NCBI GenBank assembly: GCA_053919585.1 | Contig: CM132813.1 | Direction: 5' to 3' (one strand) | Length of the DNA stretch: 64,000 bases | DNA from: Euprymna scolopes | Taxonomy: Eukaryota | In this document: in pieces, positions 20,201 through 35,200 of the stretch | How positions within the stretch are numbered: position 1 is the first letter of the stretch | Layout: every line of letters begins with the position of its first letter | Position numbers and translations under genes: made by a program | Notes under the pieces: generated by a model | Told to the model about the DNA's origin: nothing | What the model saw: only the letters and a program-made list of their open reading frames with translations | Databases searched by the model: none

Positions 20201-23200
20201 TAGATTTTCATTTCTAAATTAGACAGCATTCCCAATTCTAGATTTTCATTTCTAAATTAGACAGCATTCCCAATTCTAGATTTTCATTATTCATTAGACT
20301 GCATTCCCAATTCTAGATTTTCATTTCTAAATTAGACTGCATTCCCAATTCTAGATTTTCATTTCTAAATTAGACTGCATTCCCAATTCTAGATTTTCAT
20401 TTCTAAATTAGACTGCATTCCCAATTCTAGATATTCATTTCTAAATTAGACTGCATTCCCAATTCTAGATTTTCATTTCTAAATTAGACTGCATTCCCAA
20501 TTCTAGATTTTCATTTCTAGATTAGGCTGCATTCCCAATTCTAGATTTTCATTTCTAAATTAGACTGCATTCCCAATTCTAGATTTTCATTATTCATTAG
20601 ACTGCATTCCCAATTCTAGATTTTCATTTCTAAATTAGACTGCATTCCCAATTCTTGATTTTCATTTCTAAATTAGACAGCATTCCCAATTCAAGATTTT
20701 CATTTCTAAATTAGACTGCATTCCCAATTCTAGATTTTCATTTCTAGATTAGGCTGCATTCCCAATTCTAGATTTTCATTTCTAAATTAGACTGCATTCC
20801 CAACTCTAGATTTTCATTATTCATTAGACTGCATTCCCAATTCTAGATTTTCATTTCTAAATTAGACTGCATTCCCAATTCTAGATTTTCATTTCGAGAT
20901 TAGACTGCATTCCCAACTCTAGATTTTCATTATTCATTAGACTGCATTCCCAATTCTAGATTTTCATTTCTAAATTAGACTGCATTCCCAATTCTAGATT
21001 TTCATTTCTAGATTAGACTGCATTCCCAACTCTAGATTTTCATTATTTATAGGACTGCATTCCCAATTCTAGATTTTAATTTCTAAATTAGACTGCATTC
21101 CCAATTCTAGATTTTCATTTCTAAATTAGACTGCATTCCCAATTCTAGATTTTCATTATTCATTAGACTGCATTCCAAATTCTAGATTTTCATTTCTAGA
21201 TTAGGCTGCATTTTCATTTCTAGATTAGACTGCATTCCCAATTCTAGATTTTCATTTCTAAATTAGACTGCATTCCCAATTCTAGATTTTCATTTCTAAA
21301 TTAGACTGCATTCCCAATTCTAGATTTTCATTTCTAAATTAGACTGCATTCCCAATTCTAGATTTTCATTTCTAAATTAGACTGCATTCCCAATTCTAGA
21401 TTTTCATTTCTATATTAGACTGCATTCCCAACTCTAGATTTTCATTTCTAGATTAGACTGCATTCCCAATTCTAGATTTTCATTTCTAAATTAGACTGCA
21501 TTCCCAATTCTTAATTTTCATTTCTAAATTAGACTGCATTCCCAATTCTAGATTTTCATTTCTAGATTAGGCTGCATTCCCAATTCTAGATTTTCCTTTC
21601 TAAATTAGACAGCATTCCCAATTCTAGATTTTGATTATTCATTAGACTGCATTCCCAACTCTAGATTTTCATTATTCATTAGACTGCATTCCCAATTCTA
21701 GATTTTCATTTCTAAATTAGACTGCATTCCCAATTCTAGATTTTAATTTCTAAATTAGACTGCATTCCCATTTCTAGATTTTCATTATTCATTAGACTGC
21801 ATTCCCAATTCTAGATTTTCATTTCTAGATTAGGCTGCATTTTCATTTCTAGATTAGACTGCATTCCCAATTCTAGATTTTCATTTCTAGATTAGACTGC
21901 ATTCCCAATTCTAGATTTTCATTTCTAAATTAGACTGCATTCCCAATTCTAGATTTTCATTTCTAGATTAGACTGCATTCCCAATTCTAGATTTTCATTT
22001 CTAGATTAGACTGCATTCCCAACTCTAGATTTTCATTTCTAGATTAGACTGCATTCCCAATTCTAGATTTTCATTTCTAAATTAAACTGCATTCCCAATT
22101 CTAGATTTTCATTTCTAAATTAGACTGCATTCCCAATTCTAGATTTTCATTTCTAAATTAGACTGCATTCCCAATTCTAGATTTTCATTTCTAAATTAGA
22201 CTGCATTCCCAATTCTAGATTTTCATTTCTAAATTAGACTGCATTCCCAATTCTAGATTTTCATCTCTAAATTAGACTGCATTCCCAATTCTAGATTTTC
22301 ATTTCTAGATTAGGCTGCATTCCCAATTCTAGATTTTCATTTCTAAATTAGACTGCATTCCCAATTCTAGATTTTCATTATTCATTAGACTGCATTCCCA
22401 ATTCTAGATTTTCATTTCTAAATTAGACTGCATTCCCAATTCTAGATTTTCATTTCTAAATTAGACTGCATTCCCAATTCTAGATTTCATTTCTAGATTA
22501 GGCTGCATTCCCAATTCTAGATTTTCATTTCTAAATTAGACTGCATTCCCAATTCTAGATTTTCATTATTCATTAGACTGCATTCCCAATTCTAGATTTT
22601 CATTTCTAAATTAGACTGCATTCCCAATTCTAGATTTTCATTTCTAAATTAGACTGCATTCCCAATTCTAGATTTTCATTTCTAAATTAGACTGCATTCC
22701 CAATTCTAGATTTACATTTCTAAATTAGACTGCATTCCCAATTCTAGATTTTCATTTCTAGATTAGGCTGCATTCCCAATTCTAGATTTTCATTTCTAAA
22801 TTAGACAGCATTCCCAATTCTAGATTTTCATTATTCATTAGACTGCATTCCCAATTCTAGATTTTCATTTCTAAATTAGACTGCATTCCCAATTCTAGAT
22901 TTTCATTTCTAAATTAGACTGCATTCCCAATTCTAGATTTTCATTTCTAGATTAGGCTGCATTCCCAATTCTAGATTTTCATTTCTAAATTAGACTGCAT
23001 TCCCAATTCTAGATTTTCATTATTCATTAGACTGCATTCCCAATTCTAGATTTTCATTTCTAAATTAGACTGCATTCCCAATTCTAGATTTTCATTTCTA
23101 AATTAGACTGCATTCCCAATTCTAGATTTTCATTTCTAAATTAGACTGCATTCCCAATTCTAGATTTTCATTTCTAAATTAGACTGCATTCCCAATTCTA

Positions 23201-26200
23201 GATTTTCATTTCTAGATTAGGCTGCATTCCCAATTCTAGATTTTCATTTCTAAATTAGACAGCATTCCCAATTCTAGATTTTCATTATTCATTAGACCGC
23301 ATTCCCAATTCTAGATTTTCATTTCTAAATTAGACTGCATTCCCAATTCTAGATTTTCATTTCTAAATTAGACTGCATTCCCAATTCTAGATTTTCATTT
23401 CTAGATTAGGCTGCATTCCCAATTCTAGATTTTCATTTCTAAATTAGACTGCATTCCCAATTCTAGATTTTCATTATTCATTAGACTGCATTCCCAATTC
23501 TAGATTTTCATTATTCATTGGACTTCATTCCCAATTCTAGATTTTCATTTCTAAATTAGACTGCATTCCCAATTCTAGATTTTCATTTCTAAATTAGACT
23601 GCATTCCCAATTCTAGATTTTCATTTCTAAATTAGACTGCATTCCCAATTCTAGATTTTCATTTCTAGATTAGGCTGCATTCCCAATTCTAGATTTTCAT
23701 TTCTAAATTAGACTGCATTCCCAATTCTAGATTTTCATTTCTAGATTAGACTGCATTCCCAATTCTAGATTTTCATTTCTAGATTAGACTGCATTCCCAA
23801 CTCTAGATTTTCATTTCTAGATTAGACTGCATTCCCAATTCTAGATTTTCATTTCTAAATTAGACTGCATTCCCAATTCTTAATTTTCATTTCTAAATTA
23901 GACTGCATTCCCAATTCTAGATTTTCATTTCTAAATTAGACTGCATTCCCAATTCTAGATTTTCATTTCTAAATTAGACTGCATTCCCAATTCTAGATTT
24001 TCATTTCTAAATTAGACTGCATTCCTAATTCTAGATTTTCATCTCTAAATTAGACTGCATTCTCAATTCTAGATTTTCATTTCTAGATTAGGCTGCATTC
24101 CCAATTCTAGATTTTCATTTCTAAATTAGACTGCATTCCCAATTCTAGATTTTCATTATTCATTAGACTGCATTCCCAATTCTAGATTTTCATTTCTAAA
24201 TTAGACTGCATTCCCAATTCTAGATTTTCGTTTCTAAATTAGACTGCATTCCCAATTCTAGATTTCATTTCTAGATTAGGCTGCATTCCCAATTCTAGAT
24301 TTTCATTTCTAAATTAGACTGCATTCCCAATTCTAGATTTTCATTATTCATTAGACTGCATTCCCAATTCTAGATTTTCATTTCTAAATTAGACTGCATT
24401 CCCAATTCTAGATTTTCATTTCTAAATTAGACTGCATTCCCAATTCTAGATTTTCATTTCTAAATTAGACTGCATTCCCAATTCTAGATTTTCATTTCTA
24501 AATTAGACTGCATTCCCAATTCTAGATTTTCATTTCTAGATTAGGCTGCATTCCCAATTCTAGATTTTCATTTCTAAATTAGACAGCATTCCCAATTCTA
24601 GATTTTCATTATTCATTAGACTGCATTCCCAATTCTAGATTTTCATTTCTAAATTAGACTGCATTCCCAATTCGAGATTTTCATTTCTAAATTAGACTGC
24701 ATTCCCAATTCTAAATTTTCATTTCTAGATTAGGCTGCATTCCCAATTCTAGATTTTCATTTCTAAATTAGACTGCATTCCCAATTCTAGATTTTCATTA
24801 TTCATTAGACTGCATTCCCAATTCTAGATTTTCATTTCTAAATTAGACTGCATTCCCAATTCTAGATTTTCATTTCTAAATTAGACTGCATTCCCAATTC
24901 TAGATTTTCATTTCTAAATTAGACTGCATTCCCAATTCTAGATTTTCATTTCTAAATTAGACTGCATTCCCAATTCTAGATTTTCATTTCTAGATTAGGC
25001 TGCATTCCCAATTCTAGATTTTCATTTCTAAATTAGACAGCATTCCCAATTCTAGATTTTCATTATTCATTAGACTGCATTCCCAATTCTAGATTTTCAT
25101 TTCTAAATTAGACTGCATTCCCAATTCTAGATTTTCATTTCTAAATTAGACTGCATTCCCAATTCTAGATTTTCATTTCTAGATTAGGCTGCATTCCCAA
25201 TTCTAGATTTTCATTTCTAAATTAGACTGCATTCCCAATTCTAGATTTTCATTATTCATTAGACTGCATTCCCAATTCTAGATTTTCATTATTCATTGGA
25301 CTGCATTCCCAATTCTAGATTTTCATTTCTAAATTAGACTGCATTCCCAATTCTAGATTTTCATTTCTAAATTAGACTGCACTCCCAATTCTAGATTTTC
25401 ATTTCTAAATTAGACTGCATTCCCAATTCTAGATTTTTTTTTTCTAGATTAGGCTGCATTCCCAATTCTAGATTTTCATTTCTAAATTAGACAGCATTCC
25501 CAATTCAAGATTTTCATTATTCATTAGACTGCATTCCCAATTCTAGATTTTCATTTCTAAATTAGACTGCATTCCCAATTCTAGATTTTCATTTCTAAAT
25601 TAGACTGCATTCCCAATTCTAGATTTTCATTTCTAGATTAGGCTGCATTCCCAATTCTAGATTTTCATTTCTAAATTAGACTGCATTCCCAATTCTAGAT
25701 TTTCATAATTCATTAGACTGCATTCCCAATTCTAGATTTTCATTATTCATTAGACTGCATTCCCAATTCTAGATTTTCATTTCTAAATTAGACTGCATTC
25801 CCAATTCTAGATTTTCATTTCTAAATTAGACTGCATTCCCAATTCTAGATTTTCATTTCTAAATTAGACTGCATTCCCAATTCTAGATTTTCATTTCTAG
25901 ATTAGGCTGCATTCCCAATTCTAGATTTTCATTTCTAAATTAGACAGCATTCCCAATTCTAGATTTTCATTATTCATTAGACTGCATTCCCAATTCTAGA
26001 TTTTCATTTCTAAATTAGACTGCATTCCCAATTCTAGATTTTCATTTCTAAATTAGACTGCATTCCCAATTCTAGATTTTCATTTCTAGATTAGGCTGCA
26101 TTCCCAATTCTAGATTTTCATTTCTAAATTAGACTGCATTCCCAATTCTAGATTTTCATTATTCATTAGACTGCATTCCCAATTCTAGATTTTCATTTCT

Positions 26201-29200
26201 AAATTAGACTGCATTCCCAATGCTAGATTTTCATTTCTAAATTAGACTGCATTCCCAATTATAGATTTTCATTTCTAAATTAGACTGCATTCCTAATTCT
26301 AGATTTTCATTTCTAAATTAGACTGCATTCCCAATTCTAGATTTTCATTTCTAGATTAGGCTGCATTCCCAATTCTAGATTTTCATTTCTAAATTAGACA
26401 GCATTCCCAATTCTAGATTTTCATTATTCATTAGACTGCATTCCCAATTCTAGATTTTCATTTCTAAATTAGACTGCATTCCCAATTCTAGATTTTCATT
26501 TCTAAATTAGACTGCATTCCCAATTCTAGATTTTCATTTCTAGATTAGGCTGCATTCCCAATTCTAGATTTTCATTTCTAAATTTGACTGCATTCCCAAT
26601 TCTAGATTTTCATTATTCATTAGACTGCATTCCCAATTCTAGATTTTCATTTCTAAATTAGACTGCATTCCCAATTCTAGATTTTCATTTCTAAATTAGA
26701 CTGCATTCCCAATTATAGATTTTCATTTCTAAATTAGACTGCATTCCCAATTCTAGATTTTCATTTCTAGATTAGGCTGCATTCCCAATTCTAGATTTTC
26801 ATTTCTAAATTAGACAGCATACCCAATTCTAGATTTTAATTATTCATTAGACTGCATTCCCAAGTCTAGATTTTCTATTTCTAAATTAGACTGCATTCCC
26901 CATTCTAGATTTTCATTTCTAAATTAGACTGCATTCCCAATTCTAGATTTTCATTTCTAGATTAGGCTGCATTCCCAATTCTAGATTTTCATTTCTAAAT
27001 TAGACTGCATTCCCAATTCTAGATTTTCATAATTCATTAGACTGCATTCCCAATTCTAGATTTTCATTTCTAGATTAGGCTGCATTTCTAGATTAGACTG
27101 CATTCCCAACTCTAGATTTTCATTTCTAGATTAGACGGCATTCCCAATTCTAGATTTTCATTTCTAGATTAGACTGCATTCCCAATTCTAGATTTTCATT
27201 TCTAGATTAGACTGCATTCCCAATTCTAGATTTTCATTTCTAGATTAGGCTGCATTTCTAGATTAGACTGCATTCCCAATTCTAGATTTTTATTTCTAAA
27301 TTAGACTGCATTCCCAATTCTAGATTTTCATTTCTAAATTAGACTGCATTCCCAACTCTAGATTTTCATTATTCATTAGACTGCATTCCCAATTCTAGAT
27401 TTTCATTTCTAAATTAGACTGCATTCCCAATTCTAGATTTTCATTTCTAGATTAGACTGCATTCCCAACTCTAGATTTTCATTATTCATTAGACTGCATT
27501 CCCAATTCTAGATTTTCATTTCTAAATTAGACTGCATTCCCAATTCTAGATTTTCATTTCTAAATTAGACTGCATTCCCAATTCTAGATTTTCATTATTC
27601 ATTAGACTGCATTCCCAATTCTAGATTTTCATTTCTAGATTAGGCTGCATTTTCATTTCTAGATTAGACTGCATTCCCAATTCTAGATTTTCATTTCTAG
27701 ATTAGACTGCATTCCCAATTCTAGATTTTCATTTCTAAATTAGACTGCATTCCCAATTCTAGATTTTCATTTCTAGATTAGACTGCATTTCCAATTCTAG
27801 ATTTTAATTTCTAAATTAGACTGCATTCCCAATTCTAGATTTTCATTTCTAGATTAGACTGCATTCCCAACTCTAGATTTTCATTTCTAGATTAGACTGC
27901 ATTCTTAATTCTAGATTTTAATTTCTAAATTAGACTGCATTCCCAATTCTAAATTTTCATTTCTAAATTAGACTGCATTCCCAATTCTAGATTTTCCTTT
28001 CTAGATTAGGCTGCATTCCCAATTCTAGATTTTCATTTCTAAATTAGACAGCATTCCCAATTCTAGATTTTCATTATTCATTAGACTGCATTCCCAATTC
28101 TAGATTTTCATTTCTAAATTAGACTGCATTCCCAATTCTAGATTTTCATTTCTAAATTAGACTGCATTCCCAATTCTAGATTTTCATTTCTAAATTAGAC
28201 TGCATTCCCAATTCTAGATATTCATTTCTAAATTAGACTGCATTCCCAATTCTAGATTTTCATTTCTAAATTAGACTGCATTCCCAATTCTAGATTTTCA
28301 TTTCTAGATTAGGCTGCATTCCCAATTCTAGTTTTTGATTTCTAAATTAGACTGCATTCCCAATTCTAGATTTTCATTATTCATTAGACTGCATTCCCAA
28401 TTCTAGATTTTCATTTCTAAATTAGACTGCATTCCCAATTCTTGATTTTCATTTCTAAATTAGACAGCATTCCCAATTCTAGATTTTCATTTCTAAATTA
28501 GACTGCATTCCCAATTCTAGATTTTCATTTCTAGATTAGGCTGCATTCCCAATTCTAGATTTTCATTTCTAAATTAGACAGCATTCCCAATTCTAGATTT
28601 TCATTATTCATTAGACTGCATTCCCAATTCTAGATTTTCATTTCTAAATTAGACTGCATTCCCAATTCTAGATTTTCATTTCTAAATTAGACTGCATTCC
28701 CAACTCTAGATTTTCATTATTCATTAGACTGCATTCCCAATTCTAGATTTTCATTTCTAAATTAGACTGCATTCCCAATTCTAGATTTTCATTTCGAGAT
28801 TAGACTGCATTCCCAACTCTAGATTTTCATTATTCATTAGACTGCATTCCCAATTCTAGATTTTCATTTCTAAATTAGACTGCATTCCCAATTCTAGATT
28901 TTCATTTCTAGATTAGACTGCATTCCCAACTCTAGATTTTCATTATTTATATGACTGCATTCCCAATTCTAGATTTTAATTTCTAAATTAGACTGCATTC
29001 CCAATTCTAGATTTTCATTTCTAAATTAGACTGCATTCCCAATTCTAGATTTTCATTATTCATTAGACTGCATTCCAAATTCTAGATTTTCATTTCTAGA
29101 TTAGGCTGCATTTTCATTTCTAGATTAGACTGCATTCCCAATTCTAGATTTTCATTTCTAAATTAGACTGCATTCCCAATTCTAGATTTTCATTTCTAAA

Positions 29201-32200
29201 TTAGACTGCATTCCCAATTCTAGATTTTCATTTCTAAATTAGACTGCATTCCCAATTCTAGATTTTCATTTCTAAATTAGACTGCATTCCCAATTCTAGA
29301 TTTTCATTTCTAGATTAGACTGCATTCCCAACTCTAGATTTTCATTTCTAGATTAGACTGCATTCCCAATTCTAGATTTTCATTTCTAAATTAGACTGCA
29401 TTTCCAATTCTTAATTTTCATTTCTAAATTAGACTGCATTCCCAATTCTAGATTTTCATTTCTAGATTAGGCTGCATTCCCAATTCTAGATTTTCCTTTC
29501 TAAATTAGACAGCATTCCCAATTCTAGATTTTGATTATTCATTAGACTGCATTCCCAACTCTAGATTTTCATTATTCATTAGACTGCATTCCCAATTCTA
29601 GATTTTCATTTCTAAATTAGACTGCATTCCCAATTCTAGATTTTAATTTCTAAATTAGACTGCATTCCCAATTCTAGATTTTCATTATTCATTAGACTGC
29701 ATTCCCAATTCTAGATTTTCATTTCTAGATTAGGCTGCATTTTCATTTCTAGATTAGACTGCATTCCCAATTCTAGATTTTCATTTCTAGATTAGACTGC
29801 ATTCCCAATTCTAGATTTTCATTTCTAAATTAGACTGCATTCCCAATTCTAGATTTTCATTTCTAGATTAGACTGCATTCCCAATTCTAGATTTTCATTT
29901 CTAGATTAGACTGCATTCCCAACTCTAGATTTTCATTTCTAGATTAGACTGCATTCCCAATTCTAGATTTTCATTTCTAAATTAAACTGCATTCCCAATT
30001 CTAGATTTTCATTTCTAAATTAGACTGCATTCCCAATTCTAGATTTTCATTTCTAAATTAGACTGCATTCCCAATTCTAGATTTTCATTTCTAAATTAGA
30101 CTGCATTCCCAATTCTAGATTTTCATCTCTAAATTAGACTGCATTCCCAATTCTAGATTTTCATTTCTAGATTAGGCTGCATTCCCAATTCTAGATTTTC
30201 ATTTCTAAATTAGACTGCATTCCCAATTCTAGATTTTCATTATTCATTAGACTGCATTCCCAATTCTAGATTTTCATTTCTAAATTAGACTGCATTCCCA
30301 ATTCTAGATTTTCATTTCTAAATTAGACTGCATTCCCAATTCTAGATTTCATTTCTAGATTAGGCTGCATTCCCAATTCTAGATTTTCATTTCTAAATTA
30401 GACTGCATTCCCAATTCTAGATTTTCATTATTCATTAGACTGCATTCCCAATTCTAGATTTTCATTTCTAAATTAGACTGCATTCCCAATTCTAGATTTT
30501 CATTTCTAAATTAGACTGCATTCCCAATTCTAGATTTTCATTTCTAAATTAGACTGCATTCCCAATTCTAGATTTACATTTCTAAATTAGACTGCATTCC
30601 CAATTCTAGATTTTCATTTCTAGATTAGGCTGCATTCCCAATTCTAGATTTTTATTTCTAAATTAGACAGCATTCCCAATTCTAGATTTTCATTATTCAT
30701 TAGACTGCATTCCCAATTCTAGATTTTCATTTCTAAATTAGACTGCATTCCCAATTCTAGATTTTTATTTCTAAATTAGACTGCATTCCCAATTCTAGAT
30801 TTTCATTTCTAGATTAGGCTGCATTCCCAATTCTAGATTTTCATTTCTAAATTAGACTGCATTCCCAATTCTAGATTTTCATTATTCATTAGACTGCATT
30901 CCCAATTCTAGATTTTCATTTCTAAATTAGACTGCATTCCCAATTCTAGATTTTCATTTCTAAATTAGACTGCATTCCCAATTCTAGATTTTCATTTCTA
31001 AATTAGACTGCATTCCCAATTCTAGATTTTCATTTCTAAATTAGACTGCATTCCCAATTCTAGATTTTCATTTCTAGATTAGGCTGCATTCCCAATTCTA
31101 GATTTTCATTTCTAAATTAGACAGCATTCCCAATTCTAGATTTTCATTATTCATTAGACTGCATTCCCAATTCTAGATTTTCATTTCTAAATTAGACTGC
31201 ATTCCCAATTCTAGATTTTCATTTCTAAATTAGACTGCATTCCCAATTCTAGATTTTCATTTCTAGATTAGGCTGCATTCCCAATTCTAGATTTTCATTT
31301 CTAAATTAGACTGCATTCCCAATTCTAGATTTTCATTATTCATTAGACTGCATTCCCAATTCTAGATTTTCATTATTCATTGGACTGCATTCCCAATTCT
31401 TGATTTTCATTTCTAAATTAGACTGCATTCCCAATTCTAGATTTTCATTTCTAAATTAGACTGCATTCCCAATTCTAGATTTTCATTTCTAAATTAGACT
31501 GCATTCCCAATTCTAGATTTTCATTTCTAGATTAGGCTGCATTCCCAATTCTAGATTTTCATTTCTAAATTAGACTGCATTCCCAATTCTAGATTTTCAT
31601 TTCTAGATTAGACTGCATTCCCAATTCTAGATTTTCATTTCTAGATTAGACTGCATTCCCAACTCTAGATTTTCATTTCTAGATTAGACTGCATTCCCAA
31701 TTCTAGATTTTCATTTCTAAATTAGACTGCATTCCCAATTCTTAATTTTCATTTCTAAATTAGACTGCATTCCCAATTCTAGATTTTCATTTCTAAATTA
31801 GACTGCATTCCCAATTCTAGATTTTCATTTCTAAATTAGACTGCATTCCCAATTCTAGATTTTCATTTCTAAATTAGACTGAATTCCTAATTCTAGATTT
31901 TCATCTTTAAATTAGACTGCATTCCCAATTCTAGATTTTCATTTCTAGATTAGGCTGCATTCCCAATTCTAGATTTTCATTTCTAAATTAGACTGCATTC
32001 CCAATTCTAGATTTTCATTATTCATTAGACTGCATTCCCAATTCTAGATTTTCATTTCTAAATTAGACTGCATTCCCAATTCTAGATTTTCGTTTCTAAA
32101 TTAGACTGCATTCCCAATTCTAGATTTCATTTCTAGATTAGGCTGCATTCCCAATTCTAGATTTTCATTTCTAAATTAGACTGCATTCCCAATTCTAGAT

Positions 32201-35200
32201 TTTCATTATTCATTAGACTGCATTCCCAATTCTAGATTTTCATTTCTAAATTAGACTGCATTCCCAATTCTAGATTTTCATTTCTAAATTAGACTGCATT
32301 CCCAATTCTAGATTTTCATTTCTAAATTAGACTGCATTCCCAATTCTAGATTTTCATTTCTAAATTAGACTGCATTCCCAATTCTAGATTTTCATTTCTA
32401 GATTAGGCTGCATTCCCAATTCTAGATTTTCATTTCTAAATTAGACAGCATTCCCAATTCTAGATTTTCATTATTCATTAGACTGCATTCCCAATTCTAG
32501 ATTTTCATTTCTAAATTAGACTGCATTCCCAATTCTAGATTTTCATTTCTAAATTAGACTGCATTCCCAATTCTAGATTTTCATTTCTAGATTAGGCTGC
32601 ATTCCCAATTCTAGATTTTCATTTCTAAATTAGACTGCATTCCCAATTCTAGATTTTCATTATTCATTAGACTGCATTCCCAATTCTAGATTTTCATTTC
32701 TAAATTAGACTGCATTCCCAATTCTAGATTTTCATTTCTAAATTAGACTGCATTCCCAATTCTAGATTTTCATTTCTAAATTAGACTGCATTCCCAATTC
32801 TAGATTTTCATTTCTAAATTAGACTGCATTCCCAATTCTAGATTTTCATTTCTAGATTAGGCTGCATTCCCAATTCTAGATTTTCATTTCTAAATTAGAC
32901 AGCATTCCCAATTCTAGATTTTCATTATTCATTAGACTGCATTCCCAATTCTAGATTTTCATTTCTAAATTAGACTGCATTCCCAATTCTAGATTTTCAT
33001 TTCTAAATTAGACTGCATTCCCAATTCTAGATTTTCATTTCTAGATTAGGCTGCATTCCCAATTCTAGATTTTCATTTCTAAATTAGACTGCATTCCCAA
33101 TTCTAGATTTTCATTATTCATTAGACTGCATTCCCAATTCTAGATTTTCATTATTCATTGGACTGCATTCCCAATTCTAGATTTTCATTTCTAAATTAGA
33201 CTGCATTCCCAATTCTAGATTTTCATTTCTAAATTAGACTGCACTCCCAATTCTAGATTTTCATTTCTAAATTAGACTGCATTCCGAATTCTAGATTTTT
33301 TTTTCTAGATTAGGCTGCATTCCCAATTCTAGATTTTCATTTCTAAATTAGACTGCATTCCCAATTCTAGATTTTCATTTCTAGATTAGGCTGCATTCCC
33401 AATTCTAGATTTTCATTTCTAAATTAGACTGCATTCCCAATTCTAGATTTTCATAATTCATTAGACTGCATTCCCAATTCTAGATTTTCATTATTCATTA
33501 GACTGCATTCCCAATTCTAGATTTTCATTTCTAAATTAGACTGCATTCCCAATTCTAGATTTTCATTTCTAAATTAGACTGCATTCCCAATTCTAGATTT
33601 TCATTTCTAAATTAGACTGCATTCCCAATTCTAGATTTTCATTTCTAGATTAGGCTGCATTCCCAATTCTAGATTTTCATTTCTAAATTAGACAGCATTC
33701 CCAATTCTAGATTTTCATTATTCATTAGACTGCATTCCCAATTCTAGATTTTCATTTCTAAATTAGACTGCATTCCCAATTCTAGATTTTCATTTCTAAA
33801 TTAGACTGCATTCCCAATTCTAGATTTTCATTTCTAGATTAGGCTGCATTCCCAATTCTAGATTTTCATTTCTAAATTAGACTGCATTCCCAATTCTAGA
33901 TTTTCATTATTCATTAGACTGCATTCCCAATTCTAGATTTTCATTTCTAAATAAGACTCATTCCCAATGCTAGATTTTCATTTCTAAATTAGACTGCATT
34001 CCCAATTATAGATTTTCATTTCTAAATTAGACTGCATTTCTAATTCTAGATTTTCATTTCTAAATTAGACTGCATTCCCAATTCTAGATTTTCATTTCTA
34101 GATTAGGCTGCATTCCCAATTCTAGATTTTCATTTCTAAATTAGACAGCATTCCCAATTCTAGATTTTCATTATTCATTAGACTGCATTCCCAATTCTAG
34201 ATTTTCATTTCTAAATTAGACTGCATTCCCAATTCTAGATTTTCATTTCTAAATTAGACTGCATTCCCAATTCTAGATTTTCATTTCTAGATTAGGCTGC
34301 ATTCCCAATTCTAGATTTTCATTTCTAAATTTGACTGCATTCCCAATTCTAGATTTTCATTATTCATTAGACTGCATTCCCAATTCTAGATTTTCATTAT
34401 TCATTAGACTGCATTCCCAATTCTAGATTTTCATTTCTAAATTAGACTGCATTCCCAATTCTAGATTTTCATTTCTAAATTAGACTGCATTCCCAATTAT
34501 AGATTTTCATTTCTAAATTAGACTGCATTCCCAATTCTAGATTTTCATTTCTAGATTAGGCTGCATTCCCAATTCTAGATTTTCATTTCTAAATTAGACA
34601 GCATTCCCAATTCTAGATTTTAATTATTCATTAGACTGCATTCCCAATTCTAGATTTTCATTTCTAAATTAGACTGCAGTCCCAATTCTAGATTTTCATT
34701 TCTAAATTAGACTGCATTCCCAATTCTAGATTTTCATTTCTAGATTAGGCTGCATTCCCAATTCTAGATTTTCATTTCTAAATTAGACTGCATTCCCAAT
34801 TCTAGATTTTCATAATTCATTAGACTGCATTCCCAATTCTAGATTTTCATTATTCATTAGACTGCATTCCCAATTCTAGATTTTCATTTCTAAATTAGAC
34901 TGCATTCCCAATTCTAGATTTTCATTTCTTAATTAGACTGCATTCCCAATTCTAGATTTTCATTTCTAAATTAGACTGCATTCCCAATTCTAGATTTTCA
35001 TTTCTAGATTAGGCTGCATTCCCAATTCTAGATTTTCATTTCTAAATTAGACAGCATTCCCAATTCTAGATTTTCATTATTCATTAGACTGCATTCCCAA
35101 TTCTAGATTTTCATTTCTAAATTAGACTGCATTCCCAATTCTAGATTTTCATTTCTAAATTAGACTGCATTCCCAATTCTAGATTTTCATTTCTAGATTA

